Part shown: in pieces, positions 51,167-57,213 of the stretch | Layout: each line of letters starts with the position of its first letter | Numbering within the stretch: position 1 is the stretch's first letter | Assembly: GCA_044236545.1 (NCBI GenBank) | Contig: JBIIGI010000006.1 | Location: forward strand, 1 to 57,213 | DNA: 57,213 bases | Direction: 5' to 3' | Source of the DNA: Chthoniobacterales bacterium | GTDB taxonomy: Bacteria; Verrucomicrobiota; Verrucomicrobiia; Chthoniobacterales; UBA6821 | Notes under the pieces: generated by a model | Database searches by the model: none | The model's input: only the letters and a program-made list of their open reading frames with translations | What the model was told of the DNA's origin: nothing | Made by a program: the position numbers and the translations under genes

Positions 51167-51304
51167 TCAGCGGGATGCGGAGTTGTGGAAAAGGGATGAT
51201 GGGAGCTGACTGTTCATGCGAACGTGCCGGATCAAGGACCCCGCAAGCAGCGCGACCATGATGAACGCAACAACCATCTGCTCCCGGCGTGTCAGTGAAA
51301 ACAT
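51167..51304 (-). CDS. Small single-TM protein, 45 aa (not in ORF track)
   Basis: MFSLTRREQMVVAFIMVALLAGSLIRHVRMNSQLPSSLFHNSASR*. TTGCGC-16-TATGAT lies 6 nt upstream, and the next gene starts 6 bp after the stop. Confidence 0.7.
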   Translation of the reverse strand: MFSLTRREQMVVAFIMVALLAGSLIRHVRMNSQLPSSLFHNSASR

Positions 51305-51384
51305 CCCTTTATCATAGAGGGGCGCTGTGAAGGCGCAAGAGCCTGAAATGATTCCGGAGGAATTCGTTCCCTCCTGATTTCACG

Positions 51385-52647
51385 TCACCATCCCCTCGCC
51401 TCGACGGCGTCAAGGCAACGACCCACGGGACCTTTCCTTATGCTGGCTTCACGTGTTTCGAGGAGCCTGTCGAAGAGGCCGCTGCGGACAGGTGTTTTGG
51501 CCGCCTCATACCAATCGATATACTCCTCGATGGCCCGCGCCCTCGCGAGCGTGGAAGCGCGAAGTTCGGAGAGGCTCTTTTCCCCGGAGCTGATTTTCTT
51601 CTCCGAAAGCCGCATCATCGTGGCACAGAGGCGGATCGTTCCATCAAGAAGCGGATCGGCAAGCGGATGAGCCTGCAGACGGAGTGCCGTGAGGCGCTCT
51701 CCCAGCAAGCCGACCGTGTAAGGAGCACCCCTCTCCCTGCGGAGAAGGGCCAGTGAATGCCCCGGTGTCCCAATCCCGGAGAGCAGGTCATCATATCGGG
51801 CCATGGTCTCCGAAAGCGTGAGACGCGGGGGGACCACCGCAAACTCTTCGCCGGGCGTACCGGTCCGTCCCGGGATGAGAAGGAGCCATCGGCGCTCCAC
51901 GGAACTCATTTCCCATCCCGGGGGCCAGGGGGGGATTCGGGCCCCGGGAGACTTCGGATCGAAATGCCCGATCCAGTTGCGGAAGGCGTTTGTGCCAGAT
52001 TCCCTGAGTCCGGCCAGCAGGAGGTAGGCGCACAGGGCGTCGTGAATCTCCCCGATTGTGACGTTTTCCTCCTGGGGCGGCTTCCGGGTCAAAAGGTCAC
52101 CGATCTCGGGAGGGGCCCCACCCCTGAGGTAGGAGGTTGGGATGATCGGGGAGACCGATCCCGGATTGCAGAGAAAGCCCAAGCCGTGGAGTACCCAGGA
52201 AGGGATCTCCACAATTTTGGATCCGGGCCGTGGGGATTGCCCCCCGTAGTGCTCTCGCAACAGCATGGCCATCGCCAGACAACGTGCTGTCCCGCGGCTT
52301 TTGAGAGAATCCTCTGCCAGATCAACCTGGATCCTCGACCCACCGCCCTCGAGCGTATCAAGGCGAAGCAACGGTAGACCCGTGGTGATGTCGGCGGCAT
52401 CATGAAGCACGACAACGACGGGAAGGGCATCGCCTGGAGAATAGCCGGTAAGCCTGAAAAAGTTCCTCTCGTAGCCGGCAAGCAACCGTGAAACCGGGGC
52501 CGCCGGAGAGCTTGAAGCCTGAAGGAGAAAAACCCCCTGCGAGGAGAGAGAGGGAGGCTTGGCCGAGAGGCTGCCCGGGGTTCCCAGCAGGGAAAAGGCG
52601 AGTGCCAGGACGGGGTAGCGGACCTTGCTGTGAAAGACCTGGAACAC
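51385..52647 (-). CDS. Exported hypothetical protein
   Basis: Long ORF with signal peptide, in an operon with its neighbours. No family recognised. Confidence 0.7.
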   Translation of the reverse strand: MFQVFHSKVRYPVLALAFSLLGTPGSLSAKPPSLSSQGVFLLQASSSPAAPVSRLLAGYERNFFRLTGYSPGDALPVVVVLHDAADITTGLPLLRLDTLEGGGSRIQVDLAEDSLKSRGTARCLAMAMLLREHYGGQSPRPGSKIVEIPSWVLHGLGFLCNPGSVSPIIPTSYLRGGAPPEIGDLLTRKPPQEENVTIGEIHDALCAYLLLAGLRESGTNAFRNWIGHFDPKSPGARIPPWPPGWEMSSVERRWLLLIPGRTGTPGEEFAVVPPRLTLSETMARYDDLLSGIGTPGHSLALLRRERGAPYTVGLLGERLTALRLQAHPLADPLLDGTIRLCATMMRLSEKKISSGEKSLSELRASTLARARAIEEYIDWYEAAKTPVRSGLFDRLLETREASIRKGPVGRCLDAVEARGW

Positions 52648-52656
52648 AGGCGTTCG

Positions 52657-53418
52657 TTACCGGGCGGAAAACTCGACGAACCCGCGGCGTAGCACCAGTC
52701 GTTCGGCCGAGCGAAGCACGGAGATTTCCTTATCGAGGGGGGCGGTGGTTCCCATCATGAAAGGAGTGAGAATACGCGAGGCTGATTCGGAAAGTGGCAG
52801 GAGTCCGATCGAGGCGGCAAGTGGCTCCAGACGCCACTGTCGCGGAGCCCCCACGAGTCTGAAGGTCTCCGAGAGATGGATCGGATAATTCAAAAAACTC
52901 AGGTCAACGAAGTAGGCGACCTTGTCCGGCTCGATGACCACACGACTGCCGCGCCACAGCGGAACGGGAAGAGCCGTGAACGTGGGCTTCCATTCGACTC
53001 GTCCCGAGACACGGAGAAACTCGTTGATCACCTGTTGGGATACCGTCACGGGAGAGACACGGGCGGAGACGATCGCCCTGTCGATGAGGGCCGATGCGTT
53101 GGGAAGAGTTGTGGCGACGGAACTATTTCCATTCCGAGGATCAAACTCCCTCGGCTCCATGAGGGCCAGAACGACAAGGACTCCCAATGCCACAGCAGCG
53201 AAGAAAAAAAGAAGATGGACCACACGGGAGAGGAATGGGGTCTTCTCCCCGTGCCCCCCCTCAGCCTCCTTCACTCGTCGTGCGGCGAGGGCAACCACCG
53301 GCGGTGCCAACTCAATCTCCTTGCCGACCGGTGCCGAGAGAATACCCCCGCAGTTCGTGCAATAGATTCTCGTGCCCGGGTTGGCTGATCCGCACGAACC
53401 GCAGGGGCGCTCGCTCAT
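52657..53418 (-). CDS. Zinc-ribbon plus TM hypothetical protein
   Basis: CGSCG.AN.....YCTNCG followed by one TM helix. Overlaps the upstream gene by 4 nt. Confidence 0.78.
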   Translation of the reverse strand: MSERPCGSCGSANPGTRIYCTNCGGILSAPVGKEIELAPPVVALAARRVKEAEGGHGEKTPFLSRVVHLLFFFAAVALGVLVVLALMEPREFDPRNGNSSVATTLPNASALIDRAIVSARVSPVTVSQQVINEFLRVSGRVEWKPTFTALPVPLWRGSRVVIEPDKVAYFVDLSFLNYPIHLSETFRLVGAPRQWRLEPLAASIGLLPLSESASRILTPFMMGTTAPLDKEISVLRSAERLVLRRGFVEFSAR

Positions 53419-53774
53419 GCGGTCTTGGGTGGAGTTTTTCCGGGCTTGGAAGCGACCGCACTGTTCTTGCCCGCATCCCCTTTCTTGGAGGGCGAGTCCG
53501 ATGAGGAGGCCCCCGCCGGCGGGGTGGTGGCGGGCTTGGAATCACTCTTGGCGGCGCTCTTGTATCCCTCGCTCCTGTAATCGGTGATGTAAAATCCGGA
53601 GCCCTTGAAGATAAGGCCCGCCCCCGCGCCGAGCAGGCGCTTCACCTTCCCCTTACCCCAGGCCTTCATGCGGCACTTCTCCTTGGGACAGGTCTTGTAG
53701 GCGTCATCCTTCATCGACTGGAATGCCTCGAAGGTCTTCTTGCACTTGGTGCACTCGTATTCGTAGGTCGGCAT
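53415..53774 (-). CDS. FmdB family zinc-ribbon protein
   Basis: MPTYEYECTKC...FE..Q and IFKGSGFY.TDY motifs. Confidence 0.92.
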   Translation of the reverse strand: MPTYEYECTKCKKTFEAFQSMKDDAYKTCPKEKCRMKAWGKGKVKRLLGAGAGLIFKGSGFYITDYRSEGYKSAAKSDSKPATTPPAGASSSDSPSKKGDAGKNSAVASKPGKTPPKTA

Positions 53775-53804
53775 GGTTCAGGTGGTCGTGAAAGTGTTGA
53801 AAAG

Positions 53805-54830
53805 TTACAGAAGTTCGGCGATCTGGACGGCGTTGAGCGCGGCTCCCTTGAGGAGTTGATCGCCACTGACCCAGAAGGTCAGTGCGTTCGGCAGGGCGCA
53901 GTCAATGCGGAGGCGTCCGATCCGGCAGTCATCCTCACCGCTGCACTCGATCGGCATCGGATAGACGGCATTGGCCGGATCATCGTGGAGACGGATACCG
54001 GGGGCGGCATTGATGGCTTCGCACGCTTTCTCGAGCGAGACCGGCTTCTCGAATTCCGCTGTCACCGCGACCGAGTGGGCGCGGAATACCGGGACACGGA
54101 CACAGGTGACCGAGGCGGTGAGCGATGGAAGGTCGAGGATGCGTCGCCCCTCGTTCTGCATCTTCATCTCCTCGCGGGTGTAGCCGTCCTCAAGAAAGGA
54201 ATCGACATGCGGGAGCACATTGAAGGCGATCTGATGGGGGTAGACCTCTCGGGTCACCGGCTTGTCCGAGGCGATCGCCTCGACCTGCTTTCGTAACTCC
54301 TCGATGGCCATGGCGCCTGTCCCGGAGACCGCCTGATAACTCGAGGCGATGATCCGCTTGAGGCCGAAGACCTGGTGAAGCGGGTGGATCGCCATCAATG
54401 TGATCGCGGTGGTGCAATTGGGATTGGCCAGGATGCCGGAGTGCGCGGCGGCGGCGGCGGCATTGATCTCGGGCACGACCAGCGGGACATTCGGATCCAT
54501 TCGGAAGGCGGAGGAATTATCCACCACGATGGCTCCCGACTTCACGGCATGGGGTGCGAATTCCTTTGAAATCCCCCCACCAGCGCTGAAGAGGGCGATA
54601 TCGATCCCCTCGAAGCTTTTCTCAGTCAGCGGCTCGACTGTCAGTTCCTCGCCACGGAAGACGAGTTTCTTACCGGCGGAACGGGGAGAGGCCAGCAGGC
54701 GCAGCGATGCGACGGGGAAATTCCGGCGCTCCAGAACCCGGAGCATCTCGATTCCGACGGCACCGGTTGCACCGACAATGGCAAGGTGCTTGGGGCAAAG
54801 GGTGTTGGAAGGTGTGGCGGAAGGTGTCAT
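53805..54830 (-). CDS. asd: Aspartate-semialdehyde dehydrogenase
   Basis: VGATGAVG, DNSSAFRM, ANPNCTT, YQAVSGTG, CVRVPV..AHS and KGAALNAVQIAE motifs. Confidence 0.98.
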   Translation of the reverse strand: MTPSATPSNTLCPKHLAIVGATGAVGIEMLRVLERRNFPVASLRLLASPRSAGKKLVFRGEELTVEPLTEKSFEGIDIALFSAGGGISKEFAPHAVKSGAIVVDNSSAFRMDPNVPLVVPEINAAAAAAHSGILANPNCTTAITLMAIHPLHQVFGLKRIIASSYQAVSGTGAMAIEELRKQVEAIASDKPVTREVYPHQIAFNVLPHVDSFLEDGYTREEMKMQNEGRRILDLPSLTASVTCVRVPVFRAHSVAVTAEFEKPVSLEKACEAINAAPGIRLHDDPANAVYPMPIECSGEDDCRIGRLRIDCALPNALTFWVSGDQLLKGAALNAVQIAELL

Positions 54831-54891
54831 GAAAAGACAAAATTGCCTTCGAGGGGGGCAGTCTGCAAGCATCCAGACACAACTTTTGACA

Positions 54892-55359
54892 ATGCCATCG
54901 TTTAACCTCCCCCGGATCCTCGTCGACGTGCCGCGCCAGCGGTTGGAACTCACCGGCACCGGGGGGATGATCACGGCCTCCTACCCGGTCTCCACCTCCC
55001 GCTTCGGGATCGGAAGCGTGGAGGGAAGTTTCCGCACCCCGGTCGGACGCTTCCGGATCGGCGAGAAGATCGGGGCAGGATCCCCCGCCTGGATGATCTT
55101 CAAAAGCCGGATTCCAACCGGTTCGCTTGCCACGGAGGGTGGTGATGATGATCTGGTCCTCACAAGGATCCTCTGGCTGGAGGGACTCGATCCGGAAAAC
55201 GCCAACACGCGGGACCGCTACATCTACTTTCACGGAACCAATCAGGAGAACCTCATCGGAACTGCCTCAAGCCATGGCTGTATCCGCCTCCGCAACCGGG
55301 AGATGATCGATCTATTTGACCGGGTTGAGGAGGGGTGCCAGGTCGATATCAGGGGCTGA
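54892..55359 (+). CDS. L,D-transpeptidase (YkuD domain only)
   Basis: YPVST, TP.G.F and IYFHGT...IG...SHGCIRL catalytic motif. No signal peptide is evident from ATG 54892. Confidence 0.92.
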   Translation: MPSFNLPRILVDVPRQRLELTGTGGMITASYPVSTSRFGIGSVEGSFRTPVGRFRIGEKIGAGSPAWMIFKSRIPTGSLATEGGDDDLVLTRILWLEGLDPENANTRDRYIYFHGTNQENLIGTASSHGCIRLRNREMIDLFDRVEEGCQVDIRG

Positions 55360-55484
55360 TTTCACACCGGAAGAACGCCAGCGGCGGCAAAAATGAAGAT
55401 TTCCCGGATTTTTTCTTTTTGAAGGCGCCCGCTGACCTTAAGTTCCACTACCGCAACCAGCAAAGAAAGGAGGCGAAATATTCC

Positions 55485-55598
55485 ATGACCATCACCAAGA
55501 TCGCAGCAGTTGTCGCCCTCGCGGCCGCAACCCTCACCCTCGGCGCCTGCGCCCACAAGCAGGCTCCCGCTCCCGCCACCAGCGTGAAGAGCAAGTAA
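55485..55598 (+). CDS. Mini-lipoprotein 1 (37 aa; mature CAHKQAPAPATSVKSK)
   Basis: Strong SD GAAAGGAGG, signal peptide II with lipobox LGA|C, host-like codon usage and its own terminator. Confidence 0.88.
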   Translation: MTITKIAAVVALAAATLTLGACAHKQAPAPATSVKSK

Positions 55599-55640
55599 GT
55601 CAGGGGGGATTGTCCGGCCATCCGGACAGTTGATATTTCA

Positions 55641-55680
55641 GAAAGCCGGGCCGTTTATACACAGCCCGGCTTTTTTCTTT
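55641..55680 (+). terminator. Rho-independent terminator after mini-lipoprotein 1
   Basis: AAAGCCGGGC...GCCCGGCTTT followed by TTTCTTT. Confidence 0.85.
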
Positions 55681-55747
55681 GTGAATCCGGAGATCGGGCT
55701 TACCTTTCCATCAGAGCAACCGGCTGAGAAAGGAGGCGAAATATTCC

Positions 55748-55861
55748 ATGACCATCACCAAGATCGCAGCGGTCGTCGCCCTCGCGGCGGCTTCCCTCAC
55801 CCTCGGCGCATGCTGCCACAAGCAGACCTGCACCCAGCCCGCCCCTTGCAAAAGCAAGTAA
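55748..55861 (+). CDS. Mini-lipoprotein 2 (37 aa; Cys-rich mature CCHKQTCTQPAPCKSK), not in ORF track
   Basis: Same SD/leader as copy 1 (GAAAGGAGGCGAAATATTCCATG), near-identical signal peptide with mostly synonymous changes, lipobox LGA|C. Confidence 0.88.
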   Translation: MTITKIAAVVALAAASLTLGACCHKQTCTQPAPCKSK

Positions 55862-55907
55862 GCTGAGTTTTGAATGCCCTGCAGGTGCAGGGTATTCACC
55901 CATTCAT

Positions 55908-55944
55908 GAAAGCCGGTCCGACCATTCGGCCCGGCTTTTCTTTT
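55908..55944 (+). terminator. Rho-independent terminator after mini-lipoprotein 2
   Basis: GAAAGCCGGTCCGA-CCAT-TCGGCCCGGCTTTT followed by CTTTT. Confidence 0.85.
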
Positions 55945-55969
55945 ACCCGGATCAGCAAAGCAGTGAGCG

Positions 55970-56536
55970 CTACGCCGGAATGCTCACGCACAGGCTCCCC
56001 TTCATCACAAAGCGCCACGGATAATCGGTGGCTTGGGAAATTCCGATTCGCGTCGAGGTGATCGTGGCGACCGTTGATCGTGGTCCCGTCAGGATCCATC
56101 CCCTTGCCGAGAGCGGATCGACTTCATGGTGATCACCCGTGATCCCAAGCGCTTGGGTGAGCTTGGCGGGGCCGTTGCAGAGTTCCTCCTCCTTCCCACG
56201 CCGCCTGCGCTCCTGCATCAGGTCGACTCCACCGAGCGGCTCCAAGGCTCTGATTAGGACAAAACCATCCCGCTCGCCACCCTTCACGAGCAGGTTGAAG
56301 AGCCAGTGCATCCCGTAGTTCAGGTAGACATAGGCGGTTCCGGGGGCATTATGGGCAACGAAATCGCGTGCTCCCTGCCGCTTCCAGGTATGGCAGGCGG
56401 GATCACCCTCGGCTGCATAGGCCTCGGTCTCGACAATGATGCCGGAGGTTCCCGCAAGACCCAGAGTGCATCCGATCAACTCACGGGCGCAGAGCACCGC
56501 ATCGCGCTCGAAGAAGGAACGTGACAGCGGTTTCAT
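55970..56536 (-). CDS. mpg: DNA-3-methyladenine glycosylase (MPG/AAG family)
   Basis: IVETEAY...DPACH, AYVYLNYGMH, VLIRALEP, NGPAKL..ALGI and RIGIS motifs. Confidence 0.93.
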   Translation of the reverse strand: MKPLSRSFFERDAVLCARELIGCTLGLAGTSGIIVETEAYAAEGDPACHTWKRQGARDFVAHNAPGTAYVYLNYGMHWLFNLLVKGGERDGFVLIRALEPLGGVDLMQERRRRGKEEELCNGPAKLTQALGITGDHHEVDPLSARGWILTGPRSTVATITSTRIGISQATDYPWRFVMKGSLCVSIPA

Positions 56537-56580
56537 GGAAGTCACAGCGGGTTGTTTAGAAATTGAACCGTGAAAACATA

Positions 56581-56736
56581 TCTGAAGCGTTCACCGGCAT
56601 GGTGCGCGGCGATCGGGTTAAAAAGTTGAAGCGTTAAAACGGTTAAAAGGGACTGATCCAAGAAGCTAAAACTCTCACGCTCAGGGCTGCAGTTCACGTT
56701 GTAACGGTTTAACATTCTAACCCTTTTAACTTTTCA
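56581..56736 (+). repeat. Host repeat (family 3), locus 3: uninterrupted (empty-site) copy
   Basis: GCGTTCACCGGCATGGTG...GGGTTAAAAAGTTGAAGCGTTAAAACGGTTAAAAGGGACTGA...TCAGGGCT...CACGTTGTAACGGTTTAACATTCTAACCCTTTTAAC. Confidence 0.75.
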
Positions 56737-56750
56737 CATCAGTCCACCTA

Positions 56751-57213
56751 TCAAAGCCCGGTCGGATGATCGAGGAAGCTCCAGGGAAGGCCCGTCTTTT
56801 CGGAGAGCCATGAGGCCAGCGCCTTCACCCCGAAGGTCTCCGTGGCGTAGTGCCCTGCGTAGAAGAGATTGATCCCGCATTCCTCGGCGGCCGTGTAGCT
56901 CCAGTGAGGGCCCTCGCCTGTCACGAAGGCATCGACTCCGAGATCAGCCGCACGGGCCACCTCGCTCCCCGCCCCTCCCGTAACGACAAGCACCTTTCTG
57001 ATGGTGGCGGGACCACCCGGAGCCAGATGGACCGCACCACCCACGGCATCGGTCAGTTTCTTGGCAAAGCGTTCGCGGCTTACGGGTGAAATGTTTCCGA
57101 TCAGGCCCACCGCATTCCCCTTGAGTTCCATGGCAGGCTTGGTCGCGGTGAGCCCGAGGGCACGGGCAAGGAGAGCGTTGTTCCCGAGTTTAGGATGCAG
57201 ATCGAGGGGAAGG
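56751..57213 (-). CDS. Nif3-like dinuclear metal centre protein (GTP cyclohydrolase 1 type 2 homologue), 5' part outside the window
   Basis: LPLDLHPKLGNN, TGGAG, FVTGE and GHYATETFGV...PTGL* motifs. Confidence 0.92.
   Translation of the reverse strand, partial: LPLDLHPKLGNNALLARALGLTATKPAMELKGNAVGLIGNISPVSRERFAKKLTDAVGGAVHLAPGGPATIRKVLVVTGGAGSEVARAADLGVDAFVTGEGPHWSYTAAEECGINLFYAGHYATETFGVKALASWLSEKTGLPWSFLDHPTGL

Noticed and set aside
54400-54891. N-terminal extension of the L,D-transpeptidase ORF
   Set aside because: It overlaps asd on the opposite strand. The YkuD domain begins at ATG 54892.

Overview
GC-rich bacterial chromosomal window, most likely Verrucomicrobiota (inferred from PVC-type families such as a Minf_1886/TIGR04138-like protein, DUF1844 and an A|FTLLE prepilin, plus starts that lack a Shine-Dalgarno site). 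Most of it is housekeeping and envelope genes: bcp, ilvD, two ppk2, dsbD, terC, trmD, PBP1A, sucCD-gltA, carA, asd, mpg and Nif3. No rRNA, tRNA, CRISPR array, transposase or integrase was seen. The main signals are non-coding or very small. (1) An ~85-bp four-hairpin element with compensatory base changes occurs in five copies; the complete ones are flanked by TT...TT. Paralogous empty sites inside this window show that it is mobile, it repeatedly lands in a second ~150-320-bp host repeat, and it nests inside itself. (2) A separate ~165-bp TIR MITE occurs in two copies, one supplying a stop codon and one creating a perfect extended -10 upstream of carA. (3) Two tandem, unannotated 37-aa lipoprotein genes, each giving a 16-aa mature peptide ending in KSK, lie directly behind an L,D-transpeptidase. 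(4) A polyprenol-P-mannose synthase gene is paired with a DUF2723/TMEM260-like glycosyltransferase, and there is a 2372-aa Ser/Thr-rich surface protein with 19 Ig-like modules in a period-5 super-repeat. (5) An active Deg protease is followed by a triad-dead paralogue. All product calls come from motif recognition by eye, with no database searches.
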